Shown one piece after another: positions 23,901 to 35,084 of a stretch of DNA of 64,000 bases. Each line of letters opens with the position of its first letter. The first letter of the stretch is position 1. The translations under genes and the position numbers were made by a program. The stretch covers positions 14,880,110-14,944,109 of the forward strand of contig NC_134030.1 of assembly GCF_964204645.1 (NCBI RefSeq), in the 5' to 3' direction. The notes under the pieces are model-generated. The model had not been told where the DNA came from. It ran no database searches and was given only the letters and a program-made list of their open reading frames with translations. This DNA is from Tubulanus polymorphus (taxonomy: Eukaryota; Animalia; Nemertea).

Positions 23901-25262
23901 AGTGAATACCAGAAGAAAATAAAACCGAAAGATCATGTTTTTACAGAAAAATTAATACTTACTCAAAATAATAAATACAATTATATCGTTCATTATAGAA
24001 TGTTAAAATTTTATCTAAAACAAGGAATGAAATTAAAGAAAGTACATAGATATATTGAATTTAATCAATCGAAGTGATTAGAAAAATATATAGATTTCAA
24101 TACTCAACAGAGAACCATATCAAAAACAGATTTCGAAAAAGATTTTTTTAAATTAATGAACAATAGTTTTTATGGTAAAACATGCGAAAATATTAGAAAT
24201 AGAAATGATATTGAATTAGTAAATAATTCTGAAAGATTAAGACACCTACAATCAAGTCCTAGGCATTTAGGAAATAAAAGATTTGAAGATTATTTAACCG
24301 CAGTTAAAAAGAACGTCAATGAAATTTAATAAACCTATATTCATTGGTTCAACTGTTTTAGAAGTATCAAAATTATTAATGTATGATTTTTATTATAATG
24401 TTTTACAACCACTTTTTGGGGAAAAGCATATTGAAATATTATATTTTGATTCTGTAACAGCTGACACCCCAATATTATTAAAATGTAATGATAAAATATT
24501 GATAAGAAGAATTTCAGAAATAATTCCAAAACAAAATGAATGTTATATTTCATATGGTGAAAAAGAATTAATACAAATAAATGGATTAATGGATGTTTGG
24601 ACAAGAAATGGATGGAAAAAATTAAAGAATATTATTAGGCATAAAACAAAAAAGAAAATCTATAGAGTTAGAACTAAATTAGGGTTTGTAGATGTTACAG
24701 AAGATCATAGTTTAATTAAACGAAATGGCTATGAAATAAAACCAACTGATATAAAAATTGGAGATGAATTATTACATAAAAGATTTTTCCAAAGAATGAA
24801 TCATATGTCATTTGATGAAATAATTGATAATATTTATAATATAGAACCCGAAACATTAGAAGAAAAAGAATATTTTATCAAAGGATTTTTCATGGGCGAT
24901 GGTTCAGCAGGTGTGTATAATTATGTATGGGGTAATAAATATTGTTGGTATTTATGCAATCAAGACTTAAAATTATTAGAAAGAATTAAGAAATTCTGTG
25001 AAGAAGTTTATTCACATAAAACATTTAGAATCATGGATCATATGAAATCATCAGCAGTTTATAGAATACTTGTAAATAATCCTAAAGATTTTGCTATAAA
25101 ATATAATGATGAATTCTATATTCATACAATAGTGAAAAGTAATACTTCAACAAAAGAAAAGATAGTTCCAGATAATGTATCAAATGCAAAAAATAATTTA
25201 AGAAAATGGTTCTTCATTGGATTCTACGCAGCAGATGGTGCTAAAAAATTTACAAAGGATAA
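20926..25262 (+). pseudogene. polB: Protein-primed family B DNA polymerase (C2H2 fingers, vOTU-like protease, exonuclease with EndoVII insert, polymerase, intein), C-terminally deleted
   Basis: NKCFLWAI...EHY; YGDFES (Exo I); RDHDH...YRGAAHEDCN; FHNLSGYD (Exo II); YLKSDV (Exo III); SIRGG; YIDANNLYG; KLMNNSFYGK; NKPIFIG; ILYFD. Several frameshifts and stops. Confidence 0.93.
24451..25262 (+). mobile_element. Intein with LAGLIDADG homing endonuclease in PolB motif C, C-terminally truncated
   Basis: LYFD|SVTADTPILL (block A), VDVTEDHSL (block B TxxH), FIKGFFMGDG (block C), FFIGFYAADG (block E); blocks F/G absent. Confidence 0.9.
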
Positions 25263-26390
25263 AAATAAGGTGGTCAAGGTGATTATTATATTGATATCAC
25301 TTATAAACGTGAAAACAAAATCAGAATCAACTTTAGAAAAATTAGAACCAGATAGAATTAAAAGAATTAGTAATAGTAATGTAATGATTGATGTTACGCA
25401 AAAAGAAAGAGATGATAATATAGACGTATTTAAACAAAAAATTAATGAATTATTAGAAATAATCAAAAAGAAATCAGAAACAGAAACCACTTCTGAACAG
25501 AATAAAACTTCCAAAACTAGTAAACTTAAATCAAATAAAGTTCCAATTGAAAAACTTTTACCGAATGGATTAATTGATGCAACAGATCAAGAATTAGAAG
25601 ATTTAAATAATATATTTTCTGTTGAAGCAATTAGAGAAATTAAAAGTATAAGGCTTGCATCTGATAAAATTGCGCATGATAAAAGTATAAGAGATTTTAA
25701 AATTAGAACTTTAGAAAAAGAATTAACTGATAAAAATAAAGAAAAAGAACAATTAAAGTCTGATTTAGATCATCAATTAATTTATGAAATAGAATAAAGG
25801 CAAAAAGAATTACGTTTAGAAAAAGAAAAAGATGATTTAGAATATAACATAGAATTACAAAAAGAAGAAATTAAATTATTATTAAAATCATATGATTATA
25901 ATATTAATAGATTAAAAGTTATTTTTAAAGATTTGTTGATTAAACCAAATTCTGAAATATCATTGAAAGATAGAATAAGTTATTATTTAAATTAGAAGGA
26001 ATAACAATTCTTTCAATTCTAACAGCTGTAACTATGTTATTTACAACAATTGGTTTAGCAATATCAAATGCTTTAAAATCTACTCCTACTCCAAATAAAC
26101 CGGATAAACCCCCGAATGATAATAATTCTTTACAAGATAAAGTTAAAGATGGTTTGAAAAAATTAGCAAAATATTTATGGGAACTATCTAAAAAATCTGC
26201 TGCAGCTTTACCAGGAATTATTGCATCAATTGTTGGTTTTATATTGAAATCTGCTGGGAATATTCTTAACTTTGCCGCTGAACATATTATTTTATTTTTA
26301 ATTACAGTTGTAAGTGCTATTATTTTTGGGTTAGTGAATATGATATCAAAAAGATATCAAGAAAAAATAATTAATTTTTTTTTTAAATAA
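25263..26390 (+). pseudogene. C-terminal part of the coiled-coil/multi-TM protein, fused to the intein by deletion
   Basis: Aligns with element A ORF 4517 (REIK, LEKELT, MLFTTIGLAISNALKS...). Junction position approximate. Confidence 0.8.
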
Positions 26391-27639
26391 ATGATTGGGA
26401 GTTATATAAGTCCTTCTACGATTTCTAGAATATCTAACGCTATTAAAGCAGAAAGATCGCATCATATAATTACACATAATCCTTCAAATATTAATCCCGA
26501 TGAAACTTTATACGTTAGAATTCCTAGATTAACACAAAATACTTTTTATGTTCCAAATAGTATTTATTTATCAGCCGATATAAAAGTAACTGGTCATGAT
26601 AATAATTATGTTGTCGATAATGTTGGGAGATATTTGATTAAAAAATTAACTATTAAGATTGGTCCAGAAACAGTTTTCTCATTAGATGATTATAATTTAT
26701 TTATGCATTATAAAGATTTATGGTTAACTAAAGAAAATAGAAAAAATATGATATTTCAGGGTATTCAATCGGAAAACCATAATAAATTAAGATCTGAAGC
26801 CAATAATGCAGTAGTAACTAGTGCCGCAGATAATTTGATAAAAAAGATTTATGGAAGCAAATATAAAATTCCATTAGACTTTGAATTGATGAATAATAAT
26901 GCACCTTTATATAAATATGTAATTCAAGAAGATATTATATTTGAGATAACATTTGCTCCTGTAAATGAAATTGTATTATCTAGCGTTGTTAAAGATATGG
27001 GTTATAAATTATTAAATATATGTTTAGAATATGACACAGTAACTAATGAAAATATTGCTAGCACAATTCAAACTCAATACAATCAAGGATTTTCATTATT
27101 ATATGATATATATTGATAAATTTAAAACTGTAACTATTAATGCAAATGATGAAATAATTAATGAGAATATTAACTTCTCAAGAAGATCTATTAAAGGTAT
27201 ATTAATATTTTTTACCATTGCAACATATTCTAATGGTGCAATAAAGGTAGATATTTATTATAATCCTGAAATAACAAAAGTAGAAATAACTATTGAAGGT
27301 ATAGCAAATAAAATATTTTGTCAAGGAATGAGAATGATAGATCAATGGCCAGAAATTAGAAAACATTTTATGAATGAAAACGTAAAATCATTTGAAAATT
27401 GTAATATTAATCAAATTGATTATTATACCGGCAATAAATACGCATTATGGTTAGATTTTAGAACAACAGAGGATAATTCATTACATGGTTCTGGGAAAAA
27501 ACTACAGAACACTAAAGATGGAATACAATTATTCATGAAAAAGAAAAAAGGAAGCTTAAATTTTAAAATGCACATTTATATTATATCTGACGCACAATTA
27601 AATATTGTAAATTCACAATTAGATAGTATTCAATATTAG
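26391..27639 (+). CDS. Major capsid protein as two overlapping ORFs (26391..27116 and 27103..27639)
   Basis: Both halves are open; the only break is the one also present in element A. Confidence 0.75.
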
Positions 27640-27669
27640 AAATATAAAGTTAAAATTAAGGATATATAA

Positions 27670-28788
27670 ATGAGTGGTAAAAAAACTCCTAATACTAAAG
27701 AACAATATTTAAGAAATTTATATTACAACCCTGAGAGTTCGGTTGCTTATTCTTCTACCAAAAATATATGGCGTCAAGTAAAACAAGATAAATTAGATAA
27801 GATAATCCCACAAAATTTAGTTAAATATAAAGATATAAATGAATTTATGTTAGAACAACCAACATACACAACACATAAAAAAATTGTTAGAAAATATAAA
27901 ACTCGTAAAACTATGGTAAGTTATGTAGATCAACAGTGGCAAGGAGATTTAATTGATATGAAAAATGTTAAGAAAGATAATGATGATTATTGGTGGATAT
28001 TGAATATAATTGATATTTTTAGTCGTTATGTATGGAGCTTCCCACTTTATAGAAAAGGTGCTGTACAAACATCAAATGTTTTAAGAAAATTTCTTTCGGA
28101 TGATAAACTAAGACCAGAAAAAATACAATTTGATGACGGAAAAGAGTTTGATTATTCACTTGTTCATGAACTCTAAGACAATCATAATATTAAATATTTT
28201 TCAACAAAATCGGATAAAAAAGCAGCAGTTGTTGAACGATTTAATAGAACATTAAGAACAAGAATGTGGAAATATTTTACAGCACATAATACTTTTAAAT
28301 GGATTGATGTTTTACCAAAATTGATAGAAGGATATAATAATTATTATCATTCTTCTATTGGAATGAAACCTATTGATGCTAGAAAACCTGAAAATGCTGA
28401 AATTGTTTGGAATAATTTATATGGAGCATTTCTTGTAGATGATTTTGGTGAACCTAATGGTCAAAATGTTAGAATTTCTAAGTATAAAAAGATATTTGAC
28501 AAAGGATACGATCGAAATTTTACTAGGGAAATATATAAAATAAAAAAGGTAATAACAACAAAACCATATGTCTATAAATTAGAAGATTTAGATGGTGAAG
28601 AAGTTGATGGGTATTTTTATGAAGAAGAATTGAGTTTAACTACTGAAAATCTAGAACAAGAATATAAAATTGAAAAAGTATTAAAAACAAAAACTATTAA
28701 AAGAAAAAAATATTCTTTAGTAAAATGGGTTGGATGGCCAGATAAATTCAATGAATGGATATTATCAAGTAAAATTAAAAATATATAA
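27670..28788 (+). pseudogene. int: rve integrase with chromodomain, one premature stop
   Basis: WQGDLIDM, QFDDGKEF, AAVVERFNRTLR, LVKWVGWPDKFNEWI. Confidence 0.93.
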
Positions 28789-29397
28789 ATGAATAAGGAA
28801 TTATTTATATTTGAGCCTCATAATATGTTAATTTCTGGCGTAACAAATTGTGGAAAAACTTATTTTATATTAAATTCATTAGAAACTATTTATGAAAACT
28901 ATTTTGATAATATAGTATTATTTTGTCCAACATATGAATTTAATCAAACTTATGATAGAAATATTACTAGAAATAATAAATTTATCATATTAGATCCTAA
29001 AACAGTAAAAGAAAATTTAGATAATTGTATTAAAATAGCAATAGATATTTATAAAGGATCAAATACATTATTCATTATAGATGATTGTGCTAATCTACAT
29101 GATTCAAAAGTTAGAGAAAGTGAGTTATGCTATTTAGCTTTTTCTGGCAGACATTTTGGGATAACAACTTGGGTTTTAAATCAAAAATATAATTCAATTG
29201 TTAAAGACTTTAGAGAAAACATTAGATTTCTAATTTTATTCTACAATAAAGATAGAAAATCGATGAAAAATGCACTTGAGGAAAATGATATTATTCCACA
29301 TGATTTACATAATGAATATATGGATAAGTTGAAAAATATTAAAAGATCAAAATTACTATTTAGATAACAACACCCATTTGAATATGAATTTATTTAA
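28789..29397 (+). pseudogene. A32/FtsK-like packaging ATPase, premature stop near the C-terminus
   Basis: GVTNCGKT, LFIIDD, GRHFGI; frame continues QHPFEYEFI after the stop at 29365-29367. Confidence 0.9.
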
Positions 29398-29399
29398 AT

Positions 29400-29672
29400 T
29401 CAACTGGCTTGTTAATCTAGTTGAATTCTAGTTACATTCTAGTTGAATTCTAGTTATTAGTAGTTGGAACAAAAATCAACTAGATTTAACAATATTTTAA
29501 CTAGCTTGTTAATCTAGTTGAATTCTAGTTACATTCTAGTTGAATTCTAGTTATTAGAAGTTGGAACAAAAATCAACTAGATTTAACAAGAAATAAATAA
29601 AAACAACAATATTTCAACTAGCTTGTTAATCTAGTTGAATTCTAGTTACATTCTAGTTGAATTCTAGTTGCA
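29400..29672. repeat. Three intergenic repeats built of CTAGTTGAATTCTAG units
   Basis: CTTGTTAATCTAGTTGAATTCTAGTTACATTCTAGTTGAATTCTAGTT x3. Confidence 0.9.
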
Positions 29673-29699
29673 ACATCACAACTAATTTTTTTGTTATAT

Positions 29700-30292
29700 A
29701 AAAAATAGGTGAAAAGAAAATAAAATCTAAAAATGGTGATGTTCCAATTGAAAAAACTTTAGATGATTTAGGAATAACAGAAAACAAATTAACTCCAGAT
29801 GATGGTGCTTTAAATAATGTTACAACAAATAATAATTATGAATATTATCTTTATGGTAAACATCAATTAGAAATATTAATAGCATCTGGAAAATGTAAAA
29901 ATTTTATCGGTAAAAATTTAACTTATAATGAATTAGATACAATGAAATCAGATGAAATTATTAGATTATTTAAGATTTATGAAACCGCGAGAACAGCTAG
30001 AATTAATGATGCGATATCAGAAAATGTAGTAAAAGGTTATAGTAAATTATGTAATTATATACTACCAATTGAAGATGAAAATAGATTATATTCCGATTTA
30101 AAAAATGATTATTTAGTTATGACTGAATTAAATAAATGGATTGGATATTTATCATTTCAATTAGGTGGATTTATGACATTATTATCAACTGGAGTTATAA
30201 CATTTTCAAATATTGAAAGTAAAAATATTTCTATAATAAATGAACAAGGTGGAAGAAGTGAAGAAAAAACCGAGATCACAGAAACAAATTGA
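29700..30292 (+). pseudogene. Homolog of A 10165..10760
   Basis: IEKTLDDLGI upstream of and in frame with ORF 29942; start codon degenerate. Confidence 0.7.
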
Positions 30293-30580
30293 ATGGTCTC
30301 GGCAATTAGGAATTAAATCACAAGAATATACAAAAGCTGTAAATGAAAAAATAAGTAATAAAAATGGTGAAAATATTGTTATTTCTACTCATTCTAATAA
30401 TAGAATATTTGATAAATGTCTATATTTTACAGTTGGATTTGTAATTGTATTCATTTTGATTGGGTGTAATTGGTATAAGAAATCAAATTAAATTCATGAT
30501 ATTAATAATTCTGAAACAACTGCTATCAAAAATGAAAATACTTCTGAAATTCCAAAATTGATAATAAAGAAAATGGATTA
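30240..30580 (+). pseudogene. Small basic protein with TM segment
   Basis: TAAATG start; homolog of A 9935..10164; ends ...KMD* after a stop at 30491. Confidence 0.6.
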
Positions 30581-30623
30581 ATATTTTAGAAAAAAAGCAA
30601 AAAAATAATTTTTTTTTATTAAT

Positions 30624-30729
30624 TGAATATCACCATGTGGGTGCCATACGGCACCATCTCACTACTTTTGTCTATCTATGCGGAGCAATTAAATTGTCCA
30701 GATAAGTCATTTCGGATTCTAGATATTCA
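30624..30729. other. Conserved structured non-coding motif, copy 2
   Basis: Closing stem TGAATATC/GATATTCA, extra hairpin GGTGCC-ATAC-GGCACC, same core as 10998..11090. Confidence 0.7.
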
Positions 30730-30759
30730 TTATTTTTATTAATTTATTTTTTTTCAAAT

Positions 30760-31086
30760 TTAATCAACAATTTCTAAATCATGATGGCCATCTTCATTTT
30801 TTCCATGATAGATTATTTTAAATCCTTTTAAATCTTTTAATTCCTCTGTACTCAATGAAACCCATTTATCAGGTAAAAATACTTTAAATTCTCGCGATGT
30901 ACTAACATTACAGTAGCTTAAAATCGCTGATACTTTCTCTCCATATTTAGTTTTTATCTTTTCTAATTTCAATATTTTATGTTCAGTTTCTTTTATAACA
31001 TCAACTAACTTTTTTATTTCAAATTGTTTTTTTGCTGGTTTTATTCTGTTATTTATTGTTGCTAAGAATGCTTTTCTACTTCCCAT
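30760..31086 (-). CDS. Small conserved Polinton protein (108 aa), start codon inside the right TIR
   Basis: Intact ORF; homolog of 1..273. Confidence 0.75.
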   Translation of the reverse strand: MGSRKAFLATINNRIKPAKKQFEIKKLVDVIKETEHKILKLEKIKTKYGEKVSAILSYCNVSTSREFKVFLPDKWVSLSTEELKDLKGFKIIYHGKNEDGHHDLEIVD

Positions 31087-31436
31087 TTATAAGGAAAACA
31101 AATTACTTGTGGTGATGAGTGGGAATTACTTCCCCTTATATATAACAAACACGCTATTAACCGTTCTCACCCAAGCCTCACAGCATCTATTTATCCGAGC
31201 ACAGTTGACACGCAATCAATGTACTACAGTAATAGCACACGCGTTAATAACCGTTCTCAGTAGCGACTCACTGTATCCATCTATCCACGCGCAGTTGTTG
31301 TTACGCGCACTCACTGTATATGTGTATCACATAGCAATCGTCCGTTCTCACTAGAGCCTAGCTGTGATGAGTGGTGTCTCGACCTCTCGACCTCTGGTAT
31401 GAAACCCACATCTTCCAATTACTAGTTTGACTAACA

Positions 31437-34140
31437 CGTCTTTTAGAATAAGAGACCTATTGCATTAATCCTTCAATTCAAGTTGCCATACAACCTTTTA
31501 TACAGATATTTACCTTGCCATTTACCAATATAAACATGTATTTGCCATTAGCGGAAAAAATTCAATTGTTTGATTCTAGGTGAATAGGTCATGATTCATT
31601 TTGGGAGTTAATCCTTCAATTCAAGTTGCTATACAACCTTTTATACGGATATTTACCTTATCAATATAAACATGTATTTGCCATTAGCCATACAATTCAG
31701 TAAAACTTTTCCCGTCCAGATTTTGAAACATCATTTGACTCAATTTTTCCTCCTAGAAAATTGCTTTAGCTCATTCCAATGTTGGCAGTAAAAGTGTATT
31801 GTAGCCTGTATGATTCCCATCCATCAATTTTGTCCTGTTTTTTAGCGAAATCATCTCGAAAAAGTCTGACGTCGAGGCAGGTGGTGGCCAGGAAAAATAA
31901 TTTTCTGGGCAAATATTTAAACATGCATGGCAAACACACTTATTGTTCAGTATTGAAGTATTGTAATAAACTATTGATTTATTTTTGTCAATCAACGCAA
32001 CTAGTTTTGTTGTTTTCTTCCTTAATTTACAGTTGATTTGGATGGTCATCTTGCGTAGGAGTCAGTTTGTCATCGAAGCAATACAGTCTAACTTGTTTAC
32101 GTCTCAGATGCAGCGGCACCAACGATCATTATATTGTAGACTTATCCAAATTACACTTACACAGCCCAAGATGTTTCAGTGTGTAAACTCCGTCGTACTG
32201 GCCATTATAAGACAATGAGGAATTGAGTTTTAGCCACCCGAGCCCTCGGCTTGATTCGAGCAAAAAGACCTTAACTGACTTCACAGAATTGGATAATTGG
32301 AGTCACGGATTTTCTAAATTTCTGAATGCTTTCACTGGTTTTAAGATCAATTCAAATTCAATCTTCAATACATAAAAATTTATCAAATAAATTTTTATTT
32401 TATTGAAAGAAATTCTACTGAACACAGATTTTTAAATGAAGGATATATCCAGGCAAATGATTACAGCAAAATCAACTGATGATCATCAAGGTGAAGTTTT
32501 CATTCATCTTCGGCTAATTTGTCTACCCCAGATGATTGAAGCATTTTGGTTACTCGCGCCAATTAGTCAGCCACAGTCGATTTTCAATCCATCTGACCTC
32601 TTTCCATCTGTAATTAAGCAATCAAATGTAAGAATTACTTGGTTAAGAAGCGAAATAAAATATAGATATCTTAGGAGACTAATTTAAATCATGAGTTTGT
32701 TGTGAAAATCTATTACTACAGTCTCGTAGAGCATAGACACCAAGCCACGTGGCATTGGTATTTTAAGGGCTATTCAGTTTACTCGAAAACAAGTCTATGA
32801 TTAACATTAAAAAAAGCTTCATATCAAGGCTATGTCACAAGACCATGAATTATCATCCCATAATAACAATGAATCCTATTCTGCATGTACGTTAGCACGA
32901 CTGATTACTAATCCAAATATTGCATTACAAAAAAAATACAATTTCGCAAAACGTGAAGTACTTATAGCATCTGAGACAGTTGCGCTTCAGTTAGTGTTAA
33001 GTTACGTCTTTGGCTGTCAATGTCGAAACAGCCTAATTTGAAACATGCATTAGCGCACTGTGGTTTAATATTCCTGCAAGAATCCGCTAAGGAATTGAAG
33101 ACCGTAGTGACCAGTTCATTCCACGAATAATAGCTGGAAAGAAAGTAATCAAAATAAATTGTCGTGCACATTCAGTGTAAACCAGGCCATAACTAGCTGC
33201 TATTAAGGCATTCCACTGACTGGCTCTACCCACTTTATTTCGGGCCTAAATCTATTCTAGGCGCATCCCCCATAAAGCTAGGCATTAAGTAAGTAGCCAA
33301 CAATGATCATTGCTTCACCGAGTACTCATTTGCTACCATACTCATATCATTAAATAAATCATTTAATACATTCCCTGGTTTACGGATTTTCACCTTAAAA
33401 TACATAAACTCCGCTGTCGTTGTTATCGATCCGAGTCGGCAACTGAACGCGGAAGTAAAATTCCGTGTGAAAATTCCTACAATATCTGTCCATATCACGT
33501 TGATTTGAGCCCGAAATCCTCAGGAAATGTAGCCAACGTAAATTGATTTACGAACAGAATTAATCAATTGACTCATTTGAGAAATCATGGTTTCGTGAAA
33601 TTCATTTTAAGTCATAAAACTCGCGATAAACTTAAACCGAAAATGATTTCAACCATCCACCATGTTGTCTCATTAATAAAACAATTGTTGCGCGCCGACA
33701 CTGTACTGATATGTGTCCTGCCTGAATGCATGGTTTCGCTAGGATTCGAACCCTCAACCTCTCGGCTGTGAGTCTAACACCTTATCCACCCTACCAAAGG
33801 ACAGGACGCGTTATTTACCGTTAGTGGGAGTACGCGACACGGCGAGTGGCGATTGCTACTATCATCCGGTGTATCTTACAGTAAGTAATTTAATGTTTAA
33901 AATAGGATGGAGAGTGCATAGATAGAATCTACGCGGAGAGAATGAGTGTTATATAACTATCAGAATTCTACATTTCGATTAGAAGCTGTTAGTTGTCGAA
34001 TCTGATAGAAGATGAACTTTATGTGCGAAAAAAAGTGGAAAATATGTAAATAATAATAATAATCAACAGAATTACAAGAGAGTTTTCGACGAACGTCAGA
34101 AAACCCTAAATATAGCTGCAAAGCAGCGATAACGGGTTTC
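31437..34140. repeat. Main segment of large inverted duplication (pairs with 50210..52842)
   Basis: Long reverse-complement similarity; matching spurious ORFs on opposite strands (e.g. 32436+ versus 51781-). Confidence 0.9.
33731..33803 (-). pseudogene. tRNA-derived sequence (pseudo-tRNA or SINE head)
   Basis: A-box-like TGGTAGGGTGG, B-box GGTTCGAATCC, anticodon-like loop CTCACAG; acceptor stem poorly paired. Confidence 0.65.
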
Positions 34141-34146
34141 TGCCTT

Positions 34147-34910
34147 GCTGGATACAATGTCGTACAAGGGTGCGTGCAAACATTTCACCGAAAGGAACGC
34201 CACCTAGGGGTCAACTTATGACATGGATATGTTAACCCACAAGGGCTACTACGCGCAAAGTACTTATGTACCAAGTTTAGAGGAAATCGAGAATAGCGAA
34301 GATACAGTATTTTTACCATTCCCTAGTGGCAGTTGCATGAACTAATTTTGGCGGTTTGCGTACTATACTATGTATATGTACTCACACCAGGTTTTTGTTT
34401 AGGTCTATCATAAAATGACTGAATTACACGTAAGGAAACGGATGTTAGAATGAGTTTTCGAAATGTACGCCCCCTACTGGTTAGAATAGGAACTTATTAT
34501 GTGAGGGGTTCGTTGTATCTCATATCCAGGAATACGTGTATCAATTTTCATATAAATCCCTTTATCCGCTTAGTAGATATGATTAGCTGGATACAATGTC
34601 GTACAAGGGTGCGTGCAAACATTTCACCGAAAGGAGCGCCACCTAGGGGTCAACTTATGACATGGATATGTTGACCCACAAGGGCTACTACGCGCAAAGT
34701 ACTTATGTACCAAGTTTAGAGGAAATCGAGAAAAGCGAAGATACAGTATTTTTACCATTCCCTAGTAGCAGTTGTATGAACTCATTTTGGCGGTTTGCGT
34801 ACTATACTTATGTATATGTACTCACACCAGGTTTTTGTTTAGGTCTATCATAAAATGACTGAATTACACGTAAGGAAACGGATGTTAGAATGAGTTTTCG
34901 AAATATACGC
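34147..34910 (+). repeat. Tandem duplication, 439-bp period
   Basis: GCTGGATACAATGTCGTACAAGGG starts at 34147 and 34586. Confidence 0.9.
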
Positions 34911-35084
34911 AGATAATTAATCGCAGATAGGGCGTGTCATTGACTTTTTTATCCTCCAGGCTGTTATGAACAACTTTCGTGCTCGGCCGAAGCTGAAAAC
35001 TCAAAGACAAAAATTTTTCACACACAGTAACTTTTCGATGTCAGAATTTTCAAAAATTAAAACGCCCCTGGTGGGTGCCCCAAT

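Larger units (their letters stand above)
20883..31130. mobile_element. Polinton/Maverick element B, internally deleted
   Basis: ~50-bp TIRs (20883-20931 / 31081-31130, right end ...AATTACT); pPolB, MCP, integrase, ATPase. No TSD; left terminal AG missing. Confidence 0.93.

Noticed and set aside
24319-25797. A genuine 492-aa PolB-intein-coiled-coil fusion protein
   Set aside because: Best explained as a deletion junction near 25262-25320 joining the intein to a downstream structural gene; intein C-terminal blocks and the rest of PolB are missing.
1-31130. Bacterial prophage or a free giant-virus genome
   Set aside because: Embedded among eukaryotic LTR elements and an intron-containing transposon; no Shine-Dalgarno pattern; the gene set is that of Polintons.
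31360-31415. Hammerhead-like GTGATGA...GAAAC
   Set aside because: Core C is replaced, stem II is unpaired and there is no valid cleavage triplet.
33731-33803. Functional tRNA-Val gene
   Set aside because: Acceptor stem does not pair well and the paralog has an anticodon-arm deletion; treated as a tRNA-derived repeat.
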